This document shows positions 48,644 through 59,159 of a stretch of 64,000 bases of DNA, one piece after another. Under the pieces are notes generated by a model. It was not told the DNA's origin, did no database searches, and saw only the letters and a program-made list of their open reading frames with translations. Numbering within the stretch: position 1 is the first letter of the stretch; the number at the start of each line of letters is the position of its first letter. Made by a program: the position numbers and the translations under genes. This DNA is from a candidate division FCPU426 bacterium. Lineage in GTDB: Bacteria > Oederibacteriota > JAAXVQ01 > JAUVAV01. The stretch is from the NCBI GenBank assembly GCA_040756875.1, contig JBFLYH010000002.1, positions 863,078-927,077 on the forward strand, written 5' to 3'.

Positions 48644-49393
48644 ATGATCAAGCTGGTGATGTTGCGGCACGGCGAAAGCAGTTGGAATCTCGAGAACCGG
48701 TTTACCGGATGGACGGACGTGGATCTGTCCGAAAAAGGGCTGAAGGAAGCCCACGCAGCCGGGAAATTGCTGCGCCAGGAAGGATACACGTTTGACCTGG
48801 CGTACACCTCGGTGTTGAAACGGGCCATCCGTACATTGTGGATCGCGCTGGACGAGATGGATCTGATGTGGATTCCCGTGCACCGGACGTGGCGCTTGAA
48901 CGAGCGCCATTACGGCGCCCTGCAGGGGTTAAACAAAGCCGAAACCGCGGAGAAATACGGAGAAGATCAGGTTAAAATTTGGCGCCGCAGCTATGATGTC
49001 CCGCCGCCGGCCCTGGAGCTTCAGGACTCCCGCCATCCCCGCCACGATCCCCGGTACGCCGGCTTGTCCGATCAGGAAATTCCGGCGTGCGAGGATCTCA
49101 AAGCCACCCTGGAACGCGTGCTCCCGTATTGGTTCAACGAAATCCTGCCCCAATTAAAAGCAGGGAGAAAGATCCTGATTGCGGCCCACGGCAATTCGCT
49201 CCGGGCCCTGGTCAAGCACCTGGACCAGGTGTCAGACCGGGAGATTGTAGAGCTCAACATCCCCACGGGCGTGCCGCTGGTGTATGAATTGGACGAAAAA
49301 TTCAACGCGATCAAGCATTATTATCTCGGGGACGCGGAAGCCGTGAAACAGGCCATGGCCGCGGTTGCAGCGCAGGGCAAGAAGGGCAAATGA
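48644..49393 (+). CDS. gpmA: 2,3-bisphosphoglycerate-dependent phosphoglycerate mutase
   Basis: [36 protein letters not shown]. Confidence 0.97.
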   Translation: MIKLVMLRHGESSWNLENRFTGWTDVDLSEKGLKEAHAAGKLLRQEGYTFDLAYTSVLKRAIRTLWIALDEMDLMWIPVHRTWRLNERHYGALQGLNKAETAEKYGEDQVKIWRRSYDVPPPALELQDSRHPRHDPRYAGLSDQEIPACEDLKATLERVLPYWFNEILPQLKAGRKILIAAHGNSLRALVKHLDQVSDREIVELNIPTGVPLVYELDEKFNAIKHYYLGDAEAVKQAMAAVAAQGKKGK

Positions 49394-49483
49394 GAGGAAA
49401 AAGAGAGTTGGGGAAAGGATTTTATATAGACATTAAGAGTGGGAAGTGTTAAGTTACAGCCTCACCAGCAAAGCGGAATATAT

Positions 49484-49558
<75 letters not shown>

Positions 49559-49561
49559 GAT

Positions 49562-49599
49562 AAAGAAAAAGGCTCCTCGTCCGAGGAGCCTTTTTCTTT
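49562..49599. terminator. Bidirectional Rho-independent terminator
   Basis: AAAGAAAAAGGCTCCTCG-TC-CGAGGAGCCTTTTTCTTT between convergent genes. Confidence 0.88.
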
Positions 49600-49656
49600 A
49601 TCCCGCAACGCTGAAAACCCCGGGCATGTCCCTAAAGGGACTTCTTCCATCGTCCG

Positions 49657-50796
49657 CTAAGCCGGAAGAAAAACCGCGACCTCGGGCTCGATTTCTCCCC
49701 GGTAGGCATAGTTCTCGATGAACTTGATCAAAGTCGCGGTGACTTCCCGCCCGGCCGGCGCCAGAAAAACGCCGTTGCGGGTTCTGATGTCCTCGGCCAG
49801 GACCATTTCCGTCGTCAACGTAAAGACGTCCTTCCGGTGTTTGACCACGCTGGCTTTTTGGGCGTTGGCCGCGCGCAGGGCTTCGGCCGCGGATACGGGA
49901 TAGACATCCGGCTGCTGCAGCAGGCGTACAACGGCCTGGGCCGGCGCCTGCTTTTCGCGCGTGACCAAGTCATCGTAAGCCAGGACCGTTCGCAGCAGCA
50001 GGCTTCCCAGCTCGACAGGCGGCAATTGCGTCCATTCCCCGGCCTTGGACAGGGAAGCCGGGGACCCGCTGGACCCGGAAATCATCTGGGCAATGGGTTC
50101 CAGGCGCGGGATATTGATCAGCAAATCCCGCCCGATCGCAGGCACACTGGCCAGCTGTTTTTGCTCCTCCTCGGAAAGCGACAGACCGGCATGGTACCGT
50201 TGCAGCAAAGTCACGGGCAAGGTAATGCAGCCGAGTTGGGACAACTGGGCGGAAAGCTCGAACTGCCAGACCTGGCCGAGGTTGTGGGCGGCGCATATTT
50301 CCTTGATCAGGCGCCGCAGGCGTTCCGCCCGGCTGAAGGCCTCGGGATTGGCCAGGGAGAGCACATCCACGAGCAGTTTGACGCTTCCGTTCAGCGTTTT
50401 TTCCAGAAGCTCCCGTTCAGCCGTGATCAGGCGGTTTTGCTCAAGGGCGGCGGTCACGGCCTTGGCCAGCAGGGGAGCATCGCAGGGTTTGGTGAGGAAG
50501 CGGAAGATGTTGCCCTCGTTGACCGCCTGGACGGCGTCGTCGAGATCAGCCTGGCCGGTGAGCATAATTCGGACCGTATCCGGATAACGCTCGCGCATCT
50601 GCGCCAGAAACTGCACTCCGTCCATGCCCGGCATCCGCATGTCGGAAACCACCACCGCAAACGGGCCTTCCCGCTCCGTCAGAGCGAGCGCTTCCGCTCC
50701 GCCGGGCGCAGTGGCCAGCGCAAAGGATTTCCGCAGGTTCCTTTGGTAGCCCGCCAGTAGGTTTTCGTCATCATCCACGAAGAGAACTTGGCTCAT
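49657..50796 (-). CDS. Response regulator, REC plus degenerate HD-like output domain
   Basis: VLFVDDD, VVSDMRMPGMDG, FRFLTKP, LEKTLNGSV, LSQLGCITLP, LLINIPRLE. Confidence 0.85.
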   Translation of the reverse strand: MSQVLFVDDDENLLAGYQRNLRKSFALATAPGGAEALALTEREGPFAVVVSDMRMPGMDGVQFLAQMRERYPDTVRIMLTGQADLDDAVQAVNEGNIFRFLTKPCDAPLLAKAVTAALEQNRLITAERELLEKTLNGSVKLLVDVLSLANPEAFSRAERLRRLIKEICAAHNLGQVWQFELSAQLSQLGCITLPVTLLQRYHAGLSLSEEEQKQLASVPAIGRDLLINIPRLEPIAQMISGSSGSPASLSKAGEWTQLPPVELGSLLLRTVLAYDDLVTREKQAPAQAVVRLLQQPDVYPVSAAEALRAANAQKASVVKHRKDVFTLTTEMVLAEDIRTRNGVFLAPAGREVTATLIKFIENYAYRGEIEPEVAVFLPA

Positions 50797-52010
50797 TAGA
50801 ATGACTCCGAGGTTCCAATGAAATTTTCGCAATCAGCTTCCCAGCGGGGCATTTGATCCGCCAGGCCCAATTGCTGAAGATACTCCACGTCGACAGGAAT
50901 AGGATCTAATGGTTCCAGCGGCTGAAGCTTGCGCAGGATGGCGTCCGCGATATGGACGATGGTCAGCGGCGCCAGCTGCTGGAATTTGCTGAGTTGCGGT
51001 TGGTGGTGAAACGCCACGGCCTCGACAATGGGCGTGGGCAGGCCCCACAAGCCGAGCAGATAGGCGCCGATTTCGGCGTGCGAGGCGCCCATAATTTCGT
51101 ATTCGCATTCAATCTGGGTGCAGTTGTTGGCCCGGGCGCGCTGTACGATTTCCTCGTATTGGTCGTGCAGCTTGGCAAGCATGATGAATTTTCCCGTGTC
51201 GTGGAGCATACCGGCCATGAGGGCTTCTTCCTGAAAGGGTTTGCTTTGCTTCAAATCCTGGGCGATCCGCTTGGCGCAACTGCCCACCATCAGGTTATGC
51301 TTCCAATAGGCGTTCATGGTGGCGTTGGCTTCCTCGGAGTGGATCAGGCTGGTGAAGACATGGATGGACAGCACCAGGGAACGGATTTTATCGAGCCCCA
51401 GGATGGTCACTGCCCGCATGGCGTCGTTGACGTGGGAATAAAAGCCGAAAAACGCGGAATTGACGAGTTGCAGGAGTTTGGCCGTCATGCCGGCGTCCCG
51501 GGAAATGATATGCCCGATTTTCTCAATCGAGGCTTCCGGGGAACGGAGTTCAGTGAGCACTTCGGTGTACAGGGCCGGCAGGCTGGGCAGGGACTGAATC
51601 TGGGAAATGGTCCGGCGCAGCTTCTCGTCACCCAGCAGGCTTTGCAGAGAACAGGCGCGGTCAATGGTGTTTTTCAAGGTTTCCGCGTCGCACGGTTTGG
51701 TCAGATACTGGTGCGTGGGGCCGACCGAACGTAAAATGCTTTCCTGGTCCGAATGCCCGGACAGCACCAGGCGGATGATTTGAGGATGCCGCTTCATCAC
51801 TTCCGTCAGCAAGCGCACGCCGTCCATCCCGGGCATGCGCATGTCCGAGACAATGACGTCGAAAGGCGACTGGTCGAGCAGCGCCAGGGCCTGCTCGCCG
51901 CTTTCAGCGGTTTCGATCTCCCACTCCTCCCGAAGGGGGCGGAACATCCGCCGAATCCCCTGGAGAATGTTCGGTTCGTCATCGACGAAAAGGATGTGCC
52001 GCTTGCTCAT
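50796..52010 (-). CDS. Response regulator, REC-HDOD
   Basis: REC; LPSLPALY, KLLQLVNSAFFG, AGMLHDTGK, HAEIGAYLLGLWGLP. Confidence 0.9.
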   Translation of the reverse strand: MSKRHILFVDDEPNILQGIRRMFRPLREEWEIETAESGEQALALLDQSPFDVIVSDMRMPGMDGVRLLTEVMKRHPQIIRLVLSGHSDQESILRSVGPTHQYLTKPCDAETLKNTIDRACSLQSLLGDEKLRRTISQIQSLPSLPALYTEVLTELRSPEASIEKIGHIISRDAGMTAKLLQLVNSAFFGFYSHVNDAMRAVTILGLDKIRSLVLSIHVFTSLIHSEEANATMNAYWKHNLMVGSCAKRIAQDLKQSKPFQEEALMAGMLHDTGKFIMLAKLHDQYEEIVQRARANNCTQIECEYEIMGASHAEIGAYLLGLWGLPTPIVEAVAFHHQPQLSKFQQLAPLTIVHIADAILRKLQPLEPLDPIPVDVEYLQQLGLADQMPRWEADCENFIGTSESF

Positions 52011-54178
52011 TCGGCGGCCTCCCCCAGGGGGAGGCGGATGATGAACACCGTGCCAGACCCCAGCTGGGATTCGAAATCGATGGTGCCGCCGTGCTTGTCC
52101 ACGACCACAGAGCGCGAAATGGCCAGCCCCTGCCCGGTGCCTTTGCCGACTTCCTTGGTGGTGAAGAACGGGTCGAAGACCCGGTCGCGGATTTCCGGCG
52201 GAATGCCGGCGCCGGTGTCCGCAATGCGGATTTCCGCCCAATTGTTTTCGGCGCGCGTGGAAATCGTGATGCGGCCCTTGGTGCCGGGCTGCTTTTTAAT
52301 GACATCGTCTATGGCATGGGCGGCGTTGACGATGATGTTCAAGATGACCTGGTTGATTTCGCCCGGCAGGCAGGGGACCATGGGCAGGCTGGGATCCAGA
52401 TGGGTTTCCATGTCCGCCACGTATTTCCACTCGTTGCGCGCCACGGTGATGGTGTTTTCCACGGCCTGATTGAGATTGACCGGCGATTTTTCTCCGGCTG
52501 TGCCCGGATGGGCAAATCCTTTCAGGGCGCGGACGATTTTGGAAACGCGGTCCACGCCTTCCAGGGACTGAAGAATGGCTTTGGGGATTTCGTCCAGCAG
52601 GTATTCCGAGTCGATTTCCTTGGCCAGCGAGCTGATTTCCTGCTGCATGGCTTCGGGCAAATGGCCGCTTTGGCAGGCAGCCTGGGCCTCATGGAATCTT
52701 TCCAGCAAACGCGACAGATCGCCAAAAGCCTCCTGAAAGAAGCGGATGTTGTCGCCGACGTATTGGATGGGCGTGTTGATTTCGTGGGCAATCCCGGCTG
52801 CCAGCTGGCCGATGGACTCCATTTTTTGGGCGTGCAGCAATTGCATTTCCATGACCGTGTATTCGGTGATGTCGCGTCCCACCAGCAGGTAGCGCGAGGC
52901 ATTGGGGGATGAGTCCTGGACCGAGGTGACGGTGAGGGAGAGAAAGCCCAGCTCGCCGTTCGGTTTCTTGAAACGGATGCTTTTAATGGTCAGCGGCTGG
53001 TGCGAGGTGACGATTTTGGGGATGTTCTTAAGGGTCTCGGTCCATTGCCAGGGAATGGTGCAGGCGGTAAAGTCGTGGCCCAAGGCCGCTTCGGCCGGGA
53101 TGTTGAAAGTTTTTTCCGCGGCCTGGTTCCATTCCACGATGAGATTGTTGCTGTCCACGCCAATGAGGATCGTGGGGATGGTGTCCATGAATTGCTTGAG
53201 GCGCGATGATTCCCAAAAAAGATTATCCTGGGTGGACGTGCGCTCGATGATGCCGGCCAGGAATTGCGCCACGTTGATGACGAAAGCCGATTCATTGACG
53301 TCCAGCTCCATGCCGGACCGCGCGAACAGCGCGAGCACTCCCAACAGTTTGTCGCCTGACCCGACCAACGGAATACACAAGTGTCCCAGCGCGGGGTTGT
53401 CCTGCACGCAGGAAACCGCCGGCCCGAGGTTTTTGACGATGAACAGGGGTTTTCGGTCGGCAGCGGCCTTTCCGCACAGGCACTGGCCAAAGGCGATCTG
53501 GTCGCACGGCGGGTGCCATATGGTGTCCAGATTTTTTTGGGCGGCCAAGCCGAGGAGCTGGTGCTTTTTATCCAGTAGAAAAATGGCTCCCCGCGGTTCC
53601 AGAAAGTCCAGCATGGAGGCGGATAAAACGTGTTCCAGCAGCCAAGACAGCAGATCCTGGGGCGGCAGGTCGCGCAGGGACAAGCCGATCAATTCGTTGA
53701 AGGCGGTTTGGAACTGGTACGCACGCTGCAGGGATTTGTATTCGGCTTTTTGATGGTGGATGTCCCAGATCAGGCCGGTCATGCGGCTGGGCGTTTGGTC
53801 GTCCTTGCGATTGCTCGCAACGCCGTTGATCAGGATCCACTTCCAGGCGCCGGACTTTGATTGGCAGCGAACCTCGGCCCGGAAAACCGGGACGTTTCCG
53901 TTCAGATATGATTTAAGCGCAGCCTGGCACAGGGCGACGTCCTCGGGGTGGAACGTTTCGATCCAATCATCGAAGCGGGCGGAGATTTCCGTGGGGAGGT
54001 AATCCAGCACGCCCGTCGGATAGAAACTGACTTTTTCGTTGATGCAGTCGCATTCCCAAAAAACCAGGCCGACAGTTTGCAGTATCGCCAGCAAACTCGG
54101 CGAACCCAGGGAAGGAATGCCGCCAGCATCAAGGAACAATGATGGCGTTGTCAGCGTATTGGGCATGTTTTCACCCAC
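52007..54178 (-). CDS. Cytoplasmic PAS-GAF-PAS sensor histidine kinase (NtrB-like)
   Basis: HPED PAS, CLCGKAA GAF, WNQAAE PAS, QKMESIGQLAAGIAHEINTP, DPFFTTKEVGKGTGQGL. Confidence 0.92.
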   Translation of the reverse strand: MGENMPNTLTTPSLFLDAGGIPSLGSPSLLAILQTVGLVFWECDCINEKVSFYPTGVLDYLPTEISARFDDWIETFHPEDVALCQAALKSYLNGNVPVFRAEVRCQSKSGAWKWILINGVASNRKDDQTPSRMTGLIWDIHHQKAEYKSLQRAYQFQTAFNELIGLSLRDLPPQDLLSWLLEHVLSASMLDFLEPRGAIFLLDKKHQLLGLAAQKNLDTIWHPPCDQIAFGQCLCGKAAADRKPLFIVKNLGPAVSCVQDNPALGHLCIPLVGSGDKLLGVLALFARSGMELDVNESAFVINVAQFLAGIIERTSTQDNLFWESSRLKQFMDTIPTILIGVDSNNLIVEWNQAAEKTFNIPAEAALGHDFTACTIPWQWTETLKNIPKIVTSHQPLTIKSIRFKKPNGELGFLSLTVTSVQDSSPNASRYLLVGRDITEYTVMEMQLLHAQKMESIGQLAAGIAHEINTPIQYVGDNIRFFQEAFGDLSRLLERFHEAQAACQSGHLPEAMQQEISSLAKEIDSEYLLDEIPKAILQSLEGVDRVSKIVRALKGFAHPGTAGEKSPVNLNQAVENTITVARNEWKYVADMETHLDPSLPMVPCLPGEINQVILNIIVNAAHAIDDVIKKQPGTKGRITISTRAENNWAEIRIADTGAGIPPEIRDRVFDPFFTTKEVGKGTGQGLAISRSVVVDKHGGTIDFESQLGSGTVFIIRLPLGEAAE

Positions 54179-54321
54179 CTGAAATCCGGAAACCCTCTCG
54201 CAAGCCGGAGCGGGCGTTCCGCTTTGCAGGCAGTATCGGTAGGCCGGACTGCGGTATAAAGGGAGGATTGAACCCTAGGGGGTTGGAACAGGGCAGAGAT
54301 AAAACACGTGAGGGGACGCGA

Positions 54322-55038
54322 TTATAGGCGCTGGTGCAGCCAATCGGGAATCAGGCGCAAGAACCATCCGATCAAGGCCCAGCGCCGGGTGACGTAAACC
54401 CGGCTTTTTTTGGCAGCCAGGGCCGAGGCGATCTGGCGGCTGGCGGTTTCCACCGGCGCGACCCAGAACCGCTTGGAACCCGAGCCCCGGATAAGGGGTG
54501 TATTCACCCAGCCGGCCAGGATTTCCGTAACGGTAATGGGCAGCTGGCGTCGAAAGGCTTGTTGGCGCAGGCCCTGCAGGTAATTGGAGACAAAAGCCTT
54601 GCTGGCCGAGTAGGCGACGTTTTCTCCGCGCCCGCGGATCGCGGAGATGGAGGACAACCCGGCCAGATGGCCGTGGCCCTGGCTGCAGAAGTAGTCGAAC
54701 CCTGCCCGGGCCATGGCCGCGAATCCCTGCACGTTGGTGGCGATGATTTCCAGTTCTTCGGGCCAGCTGGCCTGCCGGCGGGAAATGCCGGCGCTGAGGA
54801 CCAAAAGATCCAGGCCCCCGAGCGCGCGGATGAGCCGTTTGAATGACAGGAGCGCTGCCTGCGGACGGCGCACGTCCAGGGGCTGGATGCGCGTGGTCCG
54901 CGGCAGGGAGTGCTGGAGGCTGCGCAAGCGCTCCAGGCGGCGGCCCGCGAGGCCGAGGCTATATCCCTGGCGGGCCAGGTCGTGGGCTAGGGCCCAACCG
55001 ATGCCTGAAGTGGCGCCGATGATGATGGCTTTGGGCAT
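54322..55038 (-). CDS. SDR family NAD(P)-dependent oxidoreductase
   Basis: IIGATSGIG, YSASK. Confidence 0.9.
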   Translation of the reverse strand: MPKAIIIGATSGIGWALAHDLARQGYSLGLAGRRLERLRSLQHSLPRTTRIQPLDVRRPQAALLSFKRLIRALGGLDLLVLSAGISRRQASWPEELEIIATNVQGFAAMARAGFDYFCSQGHGHLAGLSSISAIRGRGENVAYSASKAFVSNYLQGLRQQAFRRQLPITVTEILAGWVNTPLIRGSGSKRFWVAPVETASRQIASALAAKKSRVYVTRRWALIGWFLRLIPDWLHQRL

Positions 55039-55163
55039 GAAGACATTTTCGCATACGCTTCTGCCGCAAATCCAGGCGAAAAAGCCAGCACGCAGATGTC
55101 CTGCGCAGGCTGTCTGATAAAAGCTGGCCGGGAAAGTCGTTCTCATTTCCCCGGGCTTTTGCT

Positions 55164-55688
55164 ATGATGGCCGGCATGGAAGCGTCCGGGGAGTGGTTCG
55201 AGGTGGTGGATGCCGAGGGGCGCGTGCTGAAGCTCGCGCGGCGCGAGGAATGCCACGCCGATCCCTCGCTCATGCACCGCGTGGCGCACGTGCTGGTGTT
55301 CGATCCCGAGGGGCGCCTCTACCTGCAGCTGCGTTCCCGGACCAAGGACATTCAGCCCGGCAAATGGGACACCTCAGTAGGCGGGCACCTGCAGCCCGGC
55401 GAAACTGAGCTTGCGGGCGCGCAGCGGGAGTTGCAGGAGGAGCTCGGCGTCCAAGGCGCGGCCTTGGAGCTTTTATACCATTATATAATGCGCAGTCCGG
55501 TGGAAACCGAGCTGGTCGCGACCTTCAAGACCGTGTGGCAGGGCGAAATCAGGCCTGATCCGCTGGAAATCGAAGACGGCCGGTTCTGGGAACCTGCGGA
55601 AATCCAGGCGAATCTCGGCCGGGGGATTTTCACGCCCAATTTCGAGGACGAATACAGCCGCTGGCAAAAAGTGGCGCCGCCGGCCTAG
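55164..55688 (+). CDS. NUDIX hydrolase (Idi type 1/YfcD-like)
   Basis: HRVAHVLVF, KDIQPGKWD, GGH..PGE...A.RELQEELG; start could be 55176. Confidence 0.85.
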   Translation: MMAGMEASGEWFEVVDAEGRVLKLARREECHADPSLMHRVAHVLVFDPEGRLYLQLRSRTKDIQPGKWDTSVGGHLQPGETELAGAQRELQEELGVQGAALELLYHYIMRSPVETELVATFKTVWQGEIRPDPLEIEDGRFWEPAEIQANLGRGIFTPNFEDEYSRWQKVAPPA

Positions 55689-55696
55689 GGGGGCGA

Positions 55697-56458
55697 ATGC
55701 GCGATTGGTGGAAAAAAATCCGGGCCGCCCTGAATCTTTTGGGCGATTATGCCCTGTTTTCTTTACAGGCGCTGGTCGGGATCGTGCGCAGGCCGCCGCA
55801 ATACCGGGACGTGCTCGAACAGCTGGACGCCCTGGGCGTGCAGTCCCTGGTCATCATGATCGCCACCGGGTTGTTCATCGGCATGGCCATCACCTTGCTG
55901 CTCGAGGCTGAAATGGCCATCTACGGCGCCAAGGTGTACATCGGCCGCATGCTGGCCGTGGCCACCGTGCGGGAACTGGCGCCCGTGGTGACCGGCCTCA
56001 TGCTGGCCGGTCGGGTGGGCGCGCGCATTGCCTCGGAATTGGGGTCCATGCGGGTGACGCAGCAGATCGACTCCATCGAGGGCCTGGGGCAGGACCCCAT
56101 GCACAAACTGGTGGCGCCCCGCGTGGCCGCGATGTTTATCGCCGCGCCGGCCCTGACGATCGTCACCAATCTGGTGAGCCTGCTGGGCGGATTTTTAATT
56201 TCCTCGGTGTCGCCCGGCACGTTTTGGTTCGAGGCGCGCAAGGCATTCGTGATGCGCCACCTGTCCGGCGGCCTGATCAAGCCGTTCGTTTTCGGGCTGA
56301 TTATCGCCACCATCGCCTGCTATCTGGGATTGCGCGCCGGACAAGGCGTGCGCGGCGTGGGGCAGGCGGCGGCCAATGCCGTGGTGGCGAGTTCGGTGGT
56401 GATTTTTTTGGCGAATTACTTTATCGGATTTGTCGTGCTTAAGGCATTTGGAGTATAA
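55697..56458 (+). CDS. mlaE: MlaE family ABC permease
   Basis: RELAPV, AGRVGARIASELGSMRVTQQID, LVAPR, GVGQA. Confidence 0.92.
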   Translation: MRDWWKKIRAALNLLGDYALFSLQALVGIVRRPPQYRDVLEQLDALGVQSLVIMIATGLFIGMAITLLLEAEMAIYGAKVYIGRMLAVATVRELAPVVTGLMLAGRVGARIASELGSMRVTQQIDSIEGLGQDPMHKLVAPRVAAMFIAAPALTIVTNLVSLLGGFLISSVSPGTFWFEARKAFVMRHLSGGLIKPFVFGLIIATIACYLGLRAGQGVRGVGQAAANAVVASSVVIFLANYFIGFVVLKAFGV

Positions 56459-56475
56459 GGCGCGGAGCCAAAACT

Positions 56476-56565
56476 GAGATTGCTTCGTCGCCCCTTCGGG
56501 GGCCTCCTCGCAATGACAGATGCATTCATTTGCGTGCGAGTCCCCTCAGGGGACACGGCCATCTC
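56476..56565. repeat. REP-like palindromic doublet
   Basis: GAGATTGCTTCGTCG...CTCCTCGCAATGAC followed by a degenerate inverted partner TGCGAG...GGCCATCTC. Confidence 0.7.
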
Positions 56566-56606
56566 GCTTTGGGCGACAGGAATCTTTTATTAGTAAAGGA
56601 AAAAGC

Positions 56607-57359
56607 ATGGTCGAGTTGCAGTCCGTGGATTACTCCATCGCCGGCCGGCTGATCCTCCAGGGCGTTTCGCTCAGCGTGGGCGAGCGCGAGACCCTGGCCA
56701 TTCTCGGCGCGTCGGGGTCGGGCAAGAGTACGATTCTGCGCGTGATCCTCGGGCTGGCCTGGCCGGACGCCGGGCACGTGCTCGTGGCCGGCAAGGACCT
56801 CGGCCGCTTGCAGTATGACGAACTCGTGGAAGTCCGAAAACGGATCGGCATCGTGTTCCAGGACGGCGCGTTGTTCGATTCCCTGACCGTGGGCGAAAAC
56901 GTCGGCTACTATTTCATGGAGCACAATAGCCGCACGCATGAGCAGGTGGAGCCCGAAGTCCGGGAGATGCTTCGGACCGTAGGACTGGGGCATACCCTGG
57001 ACATGATGCCGGACGAACTCTCGGGCGGCATGCGGCGCCGCGTGGCCATTGCCCGGGCGCTGATTTACCGGCCGTCCCTGATTCTTTACGACGAGCCCAC
57101 CACCGGCCTGGATCCAGTGGCCCGGGAGAGCATCCTGGAGCTGATCAACCGCCTCAAGCACGAGCACCACGTGGCCAGCGTGCTCGTGACCCACAGCCTG
57201 GACGACGCCGCCAAGGTGGCGGACCGTTTCGTGGTCATCCGTGCAGGCCGCGTGGTCTGGGCCGGATCCCGCCGGCAGTTTCTCGCCCAGCAAAACCGGC
57301 TGGTGGCTTTCTACCAGCCCGCCGGCCAGGAAACCGGGGAAGAGGTCAACGCGCGATGA
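56607..57359 (+). CDS. mlaF: MlaF/Mkl family ABC ATPase
   Basis: GASGSGKS, FQDGALFDSL, LSGGMRRR, YDEPTTGLDP. Confidence 0.92.
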   Translation: MVELQSVDYSIAGRLILQGVSLSVGERETLAILGASGSGKSTILRVILGLAWPDAGHVLVAGKDLGRLQYDELVEVRKRIGIVFQDGALFDSLTVGENVGYYFMEHNSRTHEQVEPEVREMLRTVGLGHTLDMMPDELSGGMRRRVAIARALIYRPSLILYDEPTTGLDPVARESILELINRLKHEHHVASVLVTHSLDDAAKVADRFVVIRAGRVVWAGSRRQFLAQQNRLVAFYQPAGQETGEEVNAR

Positions 57360-58657
57360 AAAGCAGCCGCAATTATCCCGCCATGCAGGTCAAGGTCGGC
57401 ACCCTGGTGGCCGTGGCGTTGTCCGTCGCCCTGCTGGCCATGATTTTTCCCACCAAGGGCGTAAACCCCTTTTCCGCCAAGATCAAATTGACGGCGTATT
57501 ATCCGGCCGTGGCCGGGCTGCGGGCTTCCTCGCCCGTGTGGTTCTCGGGCGTGGAGGTGGGCTCCGTGCTCCGCGTGGAGTTCGTGCCCGGGAGCGACCC
57601 GCCGCAGCTCAAAGTGGTCATGGAAGTGGAACGTAAAATCCAGCCGTATCTCAAGACCGACTCCAAAGCCGAAATCAAGGGCATGGGGCTGCTGGGCGAC
57701 ATGTACGTGGATTTAACGCCGGGCTCGCCGGGCGCAGCCATGGTCCGCAACGGAGGGGTGATCGAAGGCAAGCCGCCCAAGGAATTCACCGATGATCTTG
57801 AGGCTCTCATTGCTTCGGCCAAAGGCCTGCTCGCCAACCTGGACCAGATCTCGCGGGACGTGGCCGAGGGCCGGGGCAGCCTGGGGCTGCTGGCCAAGGA
57901 TCCGAGCCTCTACCAGTCCCTGCGCGACACCCTCAGGGAACTCCAGTCCATTCTCGGCGCCGTGCAGTCCGAGGACCAGGGGACCCTGGCCAAACTGGTG
58001 CACGACCCCGCGCTGTACGACGAAATGGTGTCCGCGGTCCGGGACCTGCGCTCCGTGGTGGCGGACCTCAAGCAAGCCGGGGACAAGATCCTCACGCCCG
58101 AAACCAAGGAAACCATCACTCAGACCGTGCAGACCGTTTCCCGGGTGGTCAAGCGCGTGGGCGACTACCAGGAAAAAATCGACCGCATCCGTTTCGACCT
58201 GAATTTCGGGCTGTACAAATTCGACCGCGCCGTGTCGTCCGGCCACGCCCATCTGCTGATCTGGCCGACGCAGGACCGGTATTATATGCTGGGTCTGCAG
58301 AAAATCAGCGAACTGTACGGCAATGAGACCGACCGCACGACCTGGGAAGCGCAACTGGCGTGGCGGATTCTGCAAACGCCGCTGTTCATCCGCGGCGGGC
58401 TCATCCGGGATGAATACTTCGTGGCCGGTCTGGACCTGCGCCTGTGGGAGGACGACCTGGCTGTGCTCCTGGACGCCTACCGGGTGGAATACAACCCCAT
58501 GCAACTGGACGTGCGCGTGGGCGTGGTGGTGTGGGACCTGCTGGAATTCACCGCCGGCGCGGAAAACGTGCTGCAAACCCCCTTCTACAAAGCCGGCCTG
58601 ACCATCCACTACCGGGACGACGATTTGCTGAATGTGTTGTTTAAAACGATGTTCTAG
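57356..58657 (+). CDS. mlaD: MlaD/MCE protein with long helix and C-terminal beta-rich domain
   Basis: TM, GLRASSPVWFSGVEVG, GLLGDMYV, GRGSLG/GTLAKL repeats, then amphipathic strands from ~aa279. Confidence 0.85.
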   Translation: MKSSRNYPAMQVKVGTLVAVALSVALLAMIFPTKGVNPFSAKIKLTAYYPAVAGLRASSPVWFSGVEVGSVLRVEFVPGSDPPQLKVVMEVERKIQPYLKTDSKAEIKGMGLLGDMYVDLTPGSPGAAMVRNGGVIEGKPPKEFTDDLEALIASAKGLLANLDQISRDVAEGRGSLGLLAKDPSLYQSLRDTLRELQSILGAVQSEDQGTLAKLVHDPALYDEMVSAVRDLRSVVADLKQAGDKILTPETKETITQTVQTVSRVVKRVGDYQEKIDRIRFDLNFGLYKFDRAVSSGHAHLLIWPTQDRYYMLGLQKISELYGNETDRTTWEAQLAWRILQTPLFIRGGLIRDEYFVAGLDLRLWEDDLAVLLDAYRVEYNPMQLDVRVGVVVWDLLEFTAGAENVLQTPFYKAGLTIHYRDDDLLNVLFKTMF

Positions 58658-58721
58658 CCGCGCCTCTGGCGAATAGGACTTCCGAGCGGGCGGACCGGGT
58701 TTCCCCGAGAGGAGCGTTCCG

Positions 58722-59135
58722 ATGAAAAGCCATACCGCCTACCTGACGTTTAACACCCGCGCGCACCGGGAATATGTCAACATCACCGAAGACGTGGCCA
58801 AGGCCGTGGCCGCCTCTCGCGTCCAGGAAGGCATGGCGCTGGTTTCGGCCATGCACATTACGGCCGGCGTGTTCGTGAACGACGCGGACGACGGGCTGCT
58901 GGAAGACATCGACGAATGGCTGGAGAAGCTCGCGCCGTTCAAGCGGGATTACCGCCACCACCGCACCGGCGAGACCAACGGCGACGCGCACCTGAAAAAT
59001 CTGCTCGTCCATCATGAGGTCATCCTGCCCATTACCCAGGGCAAACTGGACCTGGGCCCCTGGCAGCAGGTGTTTTACGCCGAATTCGACGGGCAGCGGC
59101 CCAAACGGCTGGTGATCAAAGTGATGGGAGAGTGA
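58722..59135 (+). CDS. yjbQ: YjbQ/UPF0047 family protein
   Basis: [34 protein letters not shown]. Confidence 0.92.
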   Translation: MKSHTAYLTFNTRAHREYVNITEDVAKAVAASRVQEGMALVSAMHITAGVFVNDADDGLLEDIDEWLEKLAPFKRDYRHHRTGETNGDAHLKNLLVHHEVILPITQGKLDLGPWQQVFYAEFDGQRPKRLVIKVMGE

Positions 59136-59159
59136 CCGGCAAAGCGAGGGCTTGAACTT

